The translations under genes were made by a program, and so were the position numbers. Below are positions 47,935 through 57,442 of a DNA stretch of 64,000 bases, in pieces. The stretch is from the NCBI GenBank assembly GCA_965215195.1, contig CBDCDC010000002.1, forward strand, positions 1,152,001 to 1,216,000, given 5' to 3'. The notes beneath the pieces were generated by a model that was given only the letters and a program-made list of their open reading frames with translations, ran no database searches and was not told the DNA's origin. This stretch comes from Candidatus Latescibacterota bacterium. Its GTDB lineage: Bacteria > Latescibacterota > UBA2968 > UBA8231. Position 1 is the first letter of the stretch, and each line of letters begins with the position of its first letter.

Positions 47935-48837
47935 GTGCGATACCGACGATTCGGCAAAACGAACTGGCAAGTCAGCGAAATCGCCATGGGCGGGTCTTGG
48001 TTCTACGGACGTCCGGAATACGGCCTCCTGCCGGTGGCGCACGGAGTCGCCATGGTCGAGCGCGCCCTCCAGCTCGGCATCAACTACTTTGACACGGCCC
48101 CGCTCTATGGCCAAGGCCGCAGCGAAAAGGTTCTCGGCCACGCCCTCAAAGGCGTTGACGCGCCCTATTATCTGGCGACCAAGGTAGGCTATTATCCCGC
48201 GCCCTTCGACTACACCCGCGACGCAGTGTGGCGGGGGTTTGAGGCCAGCCTCCTGCGCTTGCAGCGCGACTCGGTCGATCTGTTGCAACTCCACGAAGCC
48301 GAGCAGGCCGGCTGGGAGGGGATATTCGGCCGGGGACGCGCCCTAGAGGCCATGCTCGAAATTCGCGAGCAGGGACTCGCACAACACATCGGCCTCACGG
48401 GCTCGGACCTAGTGCTGATGCGCGATGTCCTCGCCGAAGCCGACGCCTTTGTCTCGGTGATCACCTTTCTCAAATACGACCTGGTAGTGCAGACGGCCAA
48501 GGAGCTCCTCCTGCCCACCGCAGCCGCCCGCGACATCGCCATCATCCTCGCCTCGCCCCTGCACGCCGGCCTGCTCGGCTCCAAGCGCGACGCTTGGCAG
48601 GAGGCCGGCCGCTTTGCCGAACTCTATCCCAAACTCGAAAAAATCGAAGCCCTGCTCGCCGCCGAGCCCGGCGACATGCCCGACCACGGGCTGCGCTACT
48701 TGCTGTCGGACCCCCAAGTCTCAGTGCTGCTCACCGGCGCTGCAACCATAGACGAACTCGAAGCCTCGGCCGCCGTTTCCGATGGCCGCTACTGGTCTCC
48801 CGATCTCATCGCCCGCATCGAAGCTGTCACCCCTTGA
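47935..48837 (+). CDS. Aldo/keto reductase
   Basis: YRRFGKT, GINYFDTAPLYG, ATKVG, DLLQLH; probable GTG start. Confidence 0.9.
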   Translation: MRYRRFGKTNWQVSEIAMGGSWFYGRPEYGLLPVAHGVAMVERALQLGINYFDTAPLYGQGRSEKVLGHALKGVDAPYYLATKVGYYPAPFDYTRDAVWRGFEASLLRLQRDSVDLLQLHEAEQAGWEGIFGRGRALEAMLEIREQGLAQHIGLTGSDLVLMRDVLAEADAFVSVITFLKYDLVVQTAKELLLPTAAARDIAIILASPLHAGLLGSKRDAWQEAGRFAELYPKLEKIEALLAAEPGDMPDHGLRYLLSDPQVSVLLTGAATIDELEASAAVSDGRYWSPDLIARIEAVTP

Positions 48838-48850
48838 GAAGGAATTGCAG

Positions 48851-49882
48851 ATGAAACCCGTCCGCGTCGGCTGCATCGGCCTCGGCTGGATTACCCAAAG
48901 GGCGCACCTCCCGGCGTTAGCTGCCCTCGTCGAGGAAGGCCAAGTCGTCTTCCAAGCCTTCTGCGACAAAAGCGAGGAAACCCTCCGCGAACAAGCGGCC
49001 ATCTATAAGCCTCGCTCAACCTATACGGACCACCACCAGATGTTCGCAGCGCAGGAACTCGACGCTATTTACTTGTGCATTCCGCCGACCGCACACACCG
49101 ACGAGGTGCTCATCGCCGCGGACCAAGGCGTCGCCCTGTTCGTGGAAAAGCCGCAGACCCTCAGCCTAGCCCAAGTTGCCGAATTCAACGCCGCAATCGC
49201 AAAAGCTGGCATCGTATCCCAAGTCGGCTTCGTCTATCGCTACGAGCCTTCTTCCGCGCCAACCTTGGAGCTATTGCAGCAGCGCACACCGCGCCACGCC
49301 CAAATCCAAAACTTCTACAGCGGCCAGCCCATCCGCTACTGGACCAGCCGCTACGAACTCTGCGGCGGCTCGTTTGTGGAAAACACCATCCACAGCGTCG
49401 ATCTGTTGCGCTACTTCCTCGGCGACATTGAGGCGGTCTCGGCGTTCTACGTCGAGTCGCTGCCCGATGAGCGCATTGAGCCGATGAACCTGCCCCACGT
49501 GTACAACGTCAACTACCGCTTCAAAGGGCGCATAACCGCCAATGCCAGCGTCTCGCGGATAATGAACAACGTCGAGTACGCCAAACGCGAAATCCTCGTC
49601 GTCAGCGACGACTCGATCATCGAGTGGAACCCGCAGCAAATAAGGGAAAACGGCGAAGTGGTGTGGGAAGCCCGAGAAGAGCCGCAAGCTCGCGGTGCTT
49701 TCTTCGCCCAAGCCCGCGCCTTTATCGCCGCCGTCCAAGCCGGCAATCCGGCCATGCCGCGCAGCCCCTACGTCCCTTCCCTCAACAGCCTAGCCGCCGT
49801 CTTGGGGGCCAATGCCTCGGCCGAAAGCGGCGGCGAGTTGGTCCTCCTCAGCGACCTAGTCGGCGCACACACCCGAGGTTAG
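48851..49882 (+). CDS. Gfo/Idh/MocA oxidoreductase
   Basis: GCIGLG, FVEKP, IHSVD; AAGGA RBS. Confidence 0.9.
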   Translation: MKPVRVGCIGLGWITQRAHLPALAALVEEGQVVFQAFCDKSEETLREQAAIYKPRSTYTDHHQMFAAQELDAIYLCIPPTAHTDEVLIAADQGVALFVEKPQTLSLAQVAEFNAAIAKAGIVSQVGFVYRYEPSSAPTLELLQQRTPRHAQIQNFYSGQPIRYWTSRYELCGGSFVENTIHSVDLLRYFLGDIEAVSAFYVESLPDERIEPMNLPHVYNVNYRFKGRITANASVSRIMNNVEYAKREILVVSDDSIIEWNPQQIRENGEVVWEAREEPQARGAFFAQARAFIAAVQAGNPAMPRSPYVPSLNSLAAVLGANASAESGGELVLLSDLVGAHTRG

Positions 49883-49888
49883 CTCACC

Positions 49889-51382
49889 ATGCAGCCCCAA
49901 CCCACGCCTTTTCTCGACTGGTACGGCATCTGGCCTTCCCACCGCAAGCTCGAAGACGACGGCACCGTCTGGTCACAGGACCCGCCCCAAGGCATTGAAC
50001 TCGCGCCCGAGCTGGCGCGCAAGTCCGCGGTCTTCTTCCACAAGGAGCGCCCTTGGGAACAAGGAGCCAATCTCCACATCAACGCCATGCTCCATGAAGA
50101 AGGGCGCTACCGCCTCTGGTACGGCGTGCAACGCCTAGACGACATCGCCCGCACCTATGTCTGCTACGCCGAAAGCGACGACGGCTTTACTTGGCAGCGA
50201 CCGGAGTTGGGATTGTGCGCGTACGAAGGCTCTAGCCGCAACAACATCCTCTGCGCGGGCCGCGACCATCCCCTCGGCTGGGTGTTCATGGACCCCAGTG
50301 CCCCGGCGGCCGAGCGCTACAAGGCCGTTGGCCCGGGGGCGCGCTACTTCCGCGACGGCCAGCCCGACCCGGAAATGGACTCCGCGCGCTTCAAGGCCCT
50401 GCTCGTGGCCCGCGACTTGGGCGATGTGTCGTCCGGGGAAAAGGCCCGCGGGATTGAGATTCGGCAGCAGCTCCTCGGCGCGACCTCTCCCGACGGCATC
50501 CACTGGCACAACCTCAGCGCACCCGTCTTCGACGCCGGCGCAACCCAGCTAGACACCCACAACCTCTGCGTGTACGATCCCCACCAAGGGCAATACGTGG
50601 CGTACTTGCGCGGCCACATCGACCGCCGGCGCTTGGTGCGCCGCGTCGCGGGCGCGCAGTTTGCAGCTTTGGCCGGGTCGGGCCCCTGCCTCCTGCCCGA
50701 CCCCTTGGACCCGCTCGACGACGACATCTACAACCCCTGCTACACGCCGTACCCCGGCACCCAGCCGCGCTACCTGATGTTTCCGTCGATATACCATCGG
50801 ATCGCCTCTACAGTCGATGTCCAGCTCGCGGTCAGCCGCGATAACCACCAATGGATCCGGCCCTTTCGCCAGCCCATCATCGACCGCGCCTACGAGGGGG
50901 GAACGTATGGCCAGCTCTATGCCAGCCCGAATCTCATCGCCGCCAACGACACTTGGCGGCTGCCCTTTAGGGGCTATCAACGCCGCCACGACTTTCTCCG
51001 CCGCGGCGCTGCCTACCCCGAGGATGGGGAATTTCGCTGGGCCTGCTGGGAACCAGATCGGCTCGCCGGAATAGAGGCCAAAGGCGAGGGGCGGGTCACG
51101 CTGATCGAGCGGCCCTGCTGTGGCCGCGCGCTGCTGCTCAACTTTCGCACGGCCCCAGACGGCTGGATCAAAGCCGAAATCGTCCAGACCATTCACACGC
51201 CACCTCAGCCCGTAGAAGCTTACCCCGGCTTTTCGCTCGCCGAGGCCGATCCCCTCGCGGGCGATTCCATCGCTGAGGCCGCGCGCTGGCGGGGCCAAGC
51301 CGACTTATCGGCCCTCTCGGGCGAAAACGTCGGCCTCCGTTTTCACCTGTACAAAGCCAAGCTGTTTTCGGTATCTATTTGA
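49889..51382 (+). CDS. Hypothetical five-bladed beta-propeller (GH32/GH43-like) protein
   Basis: YAESDDGFTW, SPDGIHW and SRDNHQW repeats. Confidence 0.6.
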   Translation: MQPQPTPFLDWYGIWPSHRKLEDDGTVWSQDPPQGIELAPELARKSAVFFHKERPWEQGANLHINAMLHEEGRYRLWYGVQRLDDIARTYVCYAESDDGFTWQRPELGLCAYEGSSRNNILCAGRDHPLGWVFMDPSAPAAERYKAVGPGARYFRDGQPDPEMDSARFKALLVARDLGDVSSGEKARGIEIRQQLLGATSPDGIHWHNLSAPVFDAGATQLDTHNLCVYDPHQGQYVAYLRGHIDRRRLVRRVAGAQFAALAGSGPCLLPDPLDPLDDDIYNPCYTPYPGTQPRYLMFPSIYHRIASTVDVQLAVSRDNHQWIRPFRQPIIDRAYEGGTYGQLYASPNLIAANDTWRLPFRGYQRRHDFLRRGAAYPEDGEFRWACWEPDRLAGIEAKGEGRVTLIERPCCGRALLLNFRTAPDGWIKAEIVQTIHTPPQPVEAYPGFSLAEADPLAGDSIAEAARWRGQADLSALSGENVGLRFHLYKAKLFSVSI

Positions 51383-51566
51383 AGCGGCCAGCGAACACCG
51401 CGGCCATGCCGCCCAAGCGCTGGGCCATGCGCTCAAATGCGGCGCGGCAATAGTCCCAGTTGCCCCACCGCGCCACCTGCTCCAGCCAGTCGCATAGGTG
51501 AATCCGCACTAGATCGTTGAAATCCCGCTCGGTCATCTCAGTGGAATCGCCGGTCAGGCGGTTGCC
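51375..51566 (-). pseudogene. C-terminal gene remnant (DUF6817-like), copy 1 of 3
   Basis: MTERDFNDLVRIHLCDWLEQVARWGNWDY..AFERMAQRLGG; repeated at 55043-55235 and 57145-57325. Confidence 0.55.
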
Positions 51567-51607
51567 AAAATCGCGTCAAAGACAGCGGATTCAAGCGGAG
51601 CCGGTTC

Positions 51608-51636
51608 TTGCTTTAGCACTGACGAACCGGTACGTT
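51608..51636 (+). promoter_or_regulatory. Sigma70-like promoter TTGCTT-N17-TACGTT (duplicated at 55276-55304)
   Basis: 17-bp spacing; the -35 box is bracketed by the inverted repeat CCGGTTC/GAACCGG. Confidence 0.45.
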
Positions 51637-51683
51637 TTCGTACAGTTTCTCCTGCCACTCACTCCAGTACTGGTGATTCCGCA

Positions 51684-53882
51684 ATGACCATTGAGACCCG
51701 CTTCGACATCCCACTAATTGCGACTTTGGCCCTCCGAGAAAAGCAAATTCAGCAACATTACCGCCCCATCATCGCCGTTCACAAGTGGTTCGCCCGCCGA
51801 CCGGGAACGCTCTTTCGCGCACTCGCCTTGGCCGAGTTTGGCGATGCCCCTCTCGCGGACCTGTTCTTTACTGCCAACAATTTTCCCGGGCGGCAGGTGG
51901 CCGATCCCTTCATGGGTGGCGGCACCCCGATCATCGAGGCCAACCGCGTCGGCTGCGATGTAACCGGCTTTGATATTAACCCCATGGCTTGGTGGATTGT
52001 CCGCGAAGAGATCGAGCATCTAGACCTCGCCCTGTACGAGCGCACCGCCAGCGAGCTGATCGGGGACCTCCACTCCGCGCTCGGCCCCTTCTACCACACC
52101 GACTGCCCCCTCTACGGCGACGAGGACGTACCCGTAAAATACTTCCTCTGGGTCAAGGTGCTCAACTGTGCGGCATGTGGCGAGCTGTTCGACCTTTTTC
52201 CCGGCTACCTGCTCTCAGAGGACGCCCGCCACCCCAAGAACGTCTTAGTTTGTGCCGCTTGCGGGGAACTGAATGAAGTGGCCGATCGCAAAACCCTCGG
52301 ACCGTGCCAGCACTGTCGCGCCGAGCTACGCCTGCAAGGTCCGGCCCGCCGCAGCCGCTGCGCCTGCCCTCACTGTGGTTGCGTCAACAAGTATCCACGC
52401 GGGGAGGCCGGTCCACCCCGGCACCGCCTATTTGCCATCGAATACTACAATCCCGCGCACAAGGCAGGTCACAAGGGGCGATTTTTTAAAAAACCGGACG
52501 ACAAGGATCTGGCTCAGGTCCAAGCGGCCGAAAAACAGTGGAACGACCTAAAGGCGCAGTTCGCGCCCACCCAAGAAATTCCCCCCGGCGATGAAACGAA
52601 CCGCTTGCGCCGCTGGGGTTATACCCAGTACCGACAGATGTTCAATCCGCGACAGCTCCTAGGGCTGGAACTGAGTTGTCGTCTCGTGTCCGAGGTGGCT
52701 GATGATCGCATCCGCCGCGCCTTGGCGACCAACTTTTCAGATTTGCTGCGCTACCAAAATATGCTCTGTCGCTACAATACATGGGCCCTCAAGTCCCTCG
52801 ACATCTTCTCAGTGCATGGGTTTCCCGTCGGCTTGATACAGTGCGAGTCGAATATATTTGGGATCAGCAACGGCAAGGGGGCGAACATTGGTTCCGGCGG
52901 CTGGTACAACATTATCGCCAAGTACGCAAAGGCCAAACGCTACTGCGACGATCCATTTGAGGTTTGCCGCAACGGCACTCGCAAATACGTCGTACCGGTC
53001 AAGGGCGAGTGGATCGGCACACAACGCGCTGGCGCGCGGGATCGCAACATCACTATTCGCTGCACCAGTGCCACTGCTGAAGTGCTCGGGTCGAACACCC
53101 TCGACGCTGTATTCACCGATCCTCCTTACCTCGGCAACGTCCAGTACGGCGAACTGATGGATTTCTGTTATGCGTGGCTGCGCCGCCTCATCGGTGCCCA
53201 AGCTGAGGGCTTTCACCGCAATTCCACGCGCTCGCCGCTCGAACTGACCGGCAACGCAACCCAAGCTCGGGGCCTCGCCCAATTTGCCGCCGGCCTCTCC
53301 GAAGTTTATCGGCGTATGGCCGCTGCCCTAAAGCCGGGTGCCCCCCTCGTTTTCACCTATCACCACAACAAGCTAGAGGCGTACTATGCAGCGGGCGTCG
53401 CCATCCTCGACTCCGGTCTAACCTGCTCGGCCTCTCTCCCTTGCCCGGCAGAAATGGCCGGTTCCATCCACATTCACGGTACAAACTCATCCATCGTCGA
53501 TACCATTTTCGTCTGTCGGGCGACGGGTACGACTCTGCGCCGCTGGCTCTTTGAGACGCCCGAGCAACTTGCGACCATCGTCGCCGAAGACTGCGATCAA
53601 CTCTGCGCCGCCGAATATGAGCCTACGCCCGGGGATATCCGTTGTATCGTCTTTGGGCACTTAACCCGAATGGCGGTCTGGAATCTACGGTGCGGATGGG
53701 ATGGCGAGCGGCCCACGCAGGAAAAATTGGACCACTTTGCCGCGGCAGTCGCCCAGCTCGGGGATCCCGACCATATACGCGAAATCCTCCCTGTTGGAAA
53801 ACTCGCGTTATCCGCTGCCGCCGGTCCCCTGTTTGCCTCTAATAGCTTCGCCGAGGAAATGCGCGATGAAGTTTGCTTTTGA
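51684..53882 (+). CDS. DUF1156-like amino-DNA methyltransferase with Zn ribbons
   Basis: HKWFARRP, DPFMGGGT (SAM binding), TDPPY (catalytic), several CxxC pairs. Confidence 0.88.
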   Translation: MTIETRFDIPLIATLALREKQIQQHYRPIIAVHKWFARRPGTLFRALALAEFGDAPLADLFFTANNFPGRQVADPFMGGGTPIIEANRVGCDVTGFDINPMAWWIVREEIEHLDLALYERTASELIGDLHSALGPFYHTDCPLYGDEDVPVKYFLWVKVLNCAACGELFDLFPGYLLSEDARHPKNVLVCAACGELNEVADRKTLGPCQHCRAELRLQGPARRSRCACPHCGCVNKYPRGEAGPPRHRLFAIEYYNPAHKAGHKGRFFKKPDDKDLAQVQAAEKQWNDLKAQFAPTQEIPPGDETNRLRRWGYTQYRQMFNPRQLLGLELSCRLVSEVADDRIRRALATNFSDLLRYQNMLCRYNTWALKSLDIFSVHGFPVGLIQCESNIFGISNGKGANIGSGGWYNIIAKYAKAKRYCDDPFEVCRNGTRKYVVPVKGEWIGTQRAGARDRNITIRCTSATAEVLGSNTLDAVFTDPPYLGNVQYGELMDFCYAWLRRLIGAQAEGFHRNSTRSPLELTGNATQARGLAQFAAGLSEVYRRMAAALKPGAPLVFTYHHNKLEAYYAAGVAILDSGLTCSASLPCPAEMAGSIHIHGTNSSIVDTIFVCRATGTTLRRWLFETPEQLATIVAEDCDQLCAAEYEPTPGDIRCIVFGHLTRMAVWNLRCGWDGERPTQEKLDHFAAAVAQLGDPDHIREILPVGKLALSAAAGPLFASNSFAEEMRDEVCF

Positions 53883-54903
53883 GGACACCTTTGATGGAGT
53901 GCAAGCCAACCTCGACGCTTATGTAGATGAGGTGTTCGCCAGCTTGGACTCAAAGTTTCTAGTCATGCCCTGAGGAGTCGGTTTCGTGGAATACGCAACT
54001 TTTGCGCGTGGGTACGAAGCCCTAAAACAGGCTACCGCTAACTTTCGAGAGGTGACCCCGGCAATCATTGCGCCGGTCGTATTCAAGCTGCCGATTGCGT
54101 TTATCGTCCTCCGCTGCATGTTGGGTTTCACGCCGCCGGAATGGGCTTACTACGCCACGCAAGAGACCAACGCGGAGATTCCGCAAGGAGCGGTGCGTAC
54201 TCTCGACCGAAAAATCCGCCTGCGACCAGAAACGCCGCTCGCACAGGATAGCGGCATGACAGAGCAGCGCATCAATGCCCTAATCGCCGTTGCCTGCCAA
54301 ATCCTCAATCAGGGAGCTCCCTCTGTTGCTCCCAACGCGATTCACCGGCTCGACAAAGCCGATACTTCCGATGGGCTAACTGGCGTCCAAGCCCTCGCTG
54401 TTCTGGGCGTTCCCTATGCTATGTTGCTCTACGAACGCTTCTTGGGAAGGCCCTTTGCCAGTCACCGGGATTCAGTCAGTGAACTAGTCGGCGATCTCGT
54501 CGAAAACTCAATCGAAGCCGTACTATATCGCGCCGGCATTAGTTTCCGCAAGACCAGACGCGCCGAACGCCTACCCAACTTCGCACTAGCCCCAGACTTT
54601 ATCGTCCCTGACGAGTACAATCCACAGGTCGTCATTGAGGCCAAGCTCGCCGAGGACGATGGCTCTGTTCGCGATAAAATAACTCGCATCGAACGACTCG
54701 CTGCCGATCAGCCTAAATTTGAGGTAGTTGCTTGTATCGCCGGACGCGGCTTCAAAATCCGCCGCGAGGATGTGGGAAAGCTATTACTAGCTACAAGGGG
54801 CAAGGTTTTTACCTTGCAAAATTTAAATCAAATCGTAGAACACACGCGCCTGCGCGAATTCCACCCAAGCGTTCCGCCTTCGAAGTGCATTTCGGAGCCG
54901 TAG
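53866..54903 (+). pseudogene. Putative PD-(D/E)XK restriction endonuclease with premature TGA
   Basis: ATG 53866 (GAGGA RBS, overlaps methylase end), in-frame TGA at 53971-53973, then the same frame continues to PDFIVPD..VIEAKL. Confidence 0.75.
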
Positions 54904-54961
54904 AACACACGCGCCTGCGCGAATTCCGCCCCCAACCAGCCTCCGATAGCGAAGACTAATC

Positions 54962-55434
54962 GCCAAGCCGACTTATCGGCCCTCGCGGGCGAAAACGTCG
55001 GCCTCCGCTTTCACCTGTACAAAGCCAAGCTGTTTTCGGTATCTATTTGAAGCGGCCAGCGAACACCGCGGCCATGCCGCCCAAGCGCTGCGCCATGCGC
55101 TCGAATGCGTCGCGGCGATAGTCCCAGTTGCCCCACCGCGCCACCTGCTCCAGCCAATCGCATAGGTGAATCCGCACTAGATCGTTGAAGTCCCGCTCGG
55201 TCATCTCAGTGGAATCGCCGGTCAGGCGGTTGCCAAAATCGCGTCAAAGACAGCGGATTCAAGCGGAGCCGGTTCTTGCTTTAGCACTGACGAACCGGTA
55301 CGTTTTCGTACAGTTTCTCCTGCCACTCCAGTACTGGTGATTCCGCAATGACCATTGAGACCCGCTTCGACATCCCACTAATTGCGACTTTGGCCCTCCG
55401 AGAAAAGCAAATTCAGCAACATTACCGCCCCATC
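54962..55434 (+). repeat. ~475-bp direct repeat, copy 2
   Basis: Includes the 3' end of the propeller gene, the gene remnant, the promoter and the first 29 methylase codons. Confidence 0.92.
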
Positions 55435-55471
55435 CAAGCGGTCTGATGGATCGGCCCCAGGAGAAATGGCC

Positions 55472-57025
55472 ATGAACAAACGCGTACTTCCCATCGGCAT
55501 TCAGACCTTCCGCGAGATTCGCGCGCGCGAGTGCTACTACGTTGACAAGACCGCCTACATCCGGCGGCTGCTCAACGAGGGCAAGCACTACTTCCTGTCG
55601 CGTCCCCGGCGCTTCGGCAAGAGCCTGTTCTTGGACACGCTCAAGGAAGTGTTCGAGGGCAACGAGCCCCTGTTTGCGGGGCTTTATATCCACGACCATT
55701 GGGATTGGTCGGTGCGCCATCCGGTCCTGCGGCTCAGCTTTGGCAGCGGCAACTTCAAGGTGCCCGGCTACGTGGAGACGAACCTGATGGCGCAATTGGA
55801 CGCGGTCGAACGCCGCACCGGTGTGGCGTCGGACTACGCCACCGGAGCGGAGCGATTCGCGTACCTGTTGGAAGCACTGCACGACCAAGCCGGGCAGCCA
55901 GTGGCGGTGCTGATCGACGAATACGACAAGCCCATTGTCGATGCGCTGGAGGTGCCGGACATAGCTCGCGCCAACCGCGACTTTTTGCGCGGCCTGTATG
56001 CGGTCATCAAGGACAGCGACGCGCACATCCGCTTCACGTTCATCACCGGGGTAAGCAAGTTTTCCAAGGTCAGCCTGTTTTCCGGCCTCAACAATCTCAC
56101 GGACATTACCCTTGAACCGGAGTACTCAGCGATCTGCGGCTACTCGGACGCCGATTTGGACGCGGTGTTCGCGCCGGAACTGCCCGGCTTGGATCGGGAC
56201 CAGATCCGCGACTGGTACAACGGCTATAGTTGGCTCGGCGACGAAAAGGTGTACAACCCCTTCGACATCCTGCTGCTGTTTCGCAACCGCGAGTTCAAAG
56301 CTCACTGGTTTGAGACCGGGACGCCGACATTCCTAGTCGAAACGCTGGGCAAACGCCGCGTCAGTTCGTTGGAGTTAAGTGAGATGGTCGGCAGCGACGA
56401 GTTACTATCGACCTTCGATGTCGATGCCATCGCCACCGAGGCCCTGCTGTTCCAGACCGGCTACCTGACCATCACCAACGCCGAGGAGCTTGGCGGCGAG
56501 CAGCTCTACCAGTTGGGCTATCCCAACCGGGAGGTGCGCCAGAGCCTGAACCGCAGCTTGCTGCGCTACTTGGTGCAGGACTCAACGCGGCAGATGGCCA
56601 ACAGCATCCGGCTCTACCGACTGCTCGAAGCCAACGATTTCGCCGGGCTAGAGACGCTGTTCCACGCCTTTTTCGCCAGCATTCCCTACGAGTGGTACAC
56701 GAACAACGACATCGCCGGGTACGAGGGGTACTACGCCAGCGTGTTCTACTCCTATTTCGCGGCGCTGGGATTGGACATCAGGGTGGAGGACAGCAGTAGT
56801 CACGGCCGGCTGGACATGGCGGTTTTGTTCAACGGCCACGTCTATCTGTTTGAGTTCAAGGTGGTCGAACTAGCGTCAGCGGGTGCGGCGATGGCGCAGT
56901 TGCAGGAGCGGCGGTATGCGGACAAATATCGCGCCTTGGGGCAGCCGATTCACCTGATTGGCGTGGAGTTCAGCAAAGATGAGCGCAATGTCGCGGCGTT
57001 TGACGTGGAGCGAGGGGGAGCGTGA
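55472..57025 (+). CDS. AAA-ATPase-like protein with PD-(D/E)XK (PDDEXK_9/DUF1703) C-terminus
   Basis: LPIGIQTF, YVDKT, SRPRRFGKSL, IDEYDKP, GRLD..FEFK. Confidence 0.93.
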   Translation: MNKRVLPIGIQTFREIRARECYYVDKTAYIRRLLNEGKHYFLSRPRRFGKSLFLDTLKEVFEGNEPLFAGLYIHDHWDWSVRHPVLRLSFGSGNFKVPGYVETNLMAQLDAVERRTGVASDYATGAERFAYLLEALHDQAGQPVAVLIDEYDKPIVDALEVPDIARANRDFLRGLYAVIKDSDAHIRFTFITGVSKFSKVSLFSGLNNLTDITLEPEYSAICGYSDADLDAVFAPELPGLDRDQIRDWYNGYSWLGDEKVYNPFDILLLFRNREFKAHWFETGTPTFLVETLGKRRVSSLELSEMVGSDELLSTFDVDAIATEALLFQTGYLTITNAEELGGEQLYQLGYPNREVRQSLNRSLLRYLVQDSTRQMANSIRLYRLLEANDFAGLETLFHAFFASIPYEWYTNNDIAGYEGYYASVFYSYFAALGLDIRVEDSSSHGRLDMAVLFNGHVYLFEFKVVELASAGAAMAQLQERRYADKYRALGQPIHLIGVEFSKDERNVAAFDVERGGA

Positions 57026-57140
57026 CAAACCGCCATAGTCGCTTACCTCGCCGCCACCGCACCGGCCTATACGGGCAGCGTCTGGGCAGTCCAGTGGTCT
57101 GTGATCTGCGACCTAGCCCTACTCTACTAACCTGACCACT

Positions 57141-57325
57141 GTATCTATTTAAGACGACCCGCGAACACCTCGGCGAACCGCTCCTCGGCCGTGCCGCCCA
57201 AACGCTGCGCCATGCGCTCGAAGGCGGCGCGGCGATAGTCCCATTAGCCCCACCGCGCCACCTGCTCCAGCCAGTCGCACAGGTGGATCCGCACTAGATC
57301 GTTGAAGTCCCGCTCGGTCATCTCA
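57141..57325 (+). repeat. Third, more diverged partial copy of the repeat
   Basis: GTATCTATTT...GCGCCACCTGCTCCAGCCAGTCGCA...CCCGCTCGGTCATCTCA shared with copies 1 and 2. Confidence 0.8.
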
Positions 57326-57442
57326 ATGGATTATCTCTTCTCGTTGGTCCAGACCCTGTTGTGGATCGGCTTGGGGCAGCCTCGCGTCCCCGACGGCTCA
57401 GCACTCGGCACCCAACCAGCGACAATAAGAGACCAGAGTTGC

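Larger units (their letters stand above)
51294..51770 (+). repeat. ~475-bp direct repeat, copy 1
   Basis: Near-identical to 54962..55434 (a few substitutions, one 4-bp indel). Confidence 0.92.

Noticed and set aside
53971-53973. Selenocysteine or recoded TGA in the endonuclease
   Set aside because: No evident SECIS or redox context, and TGA is used as a normal stop throughout; a nonsense mutation is simpler.
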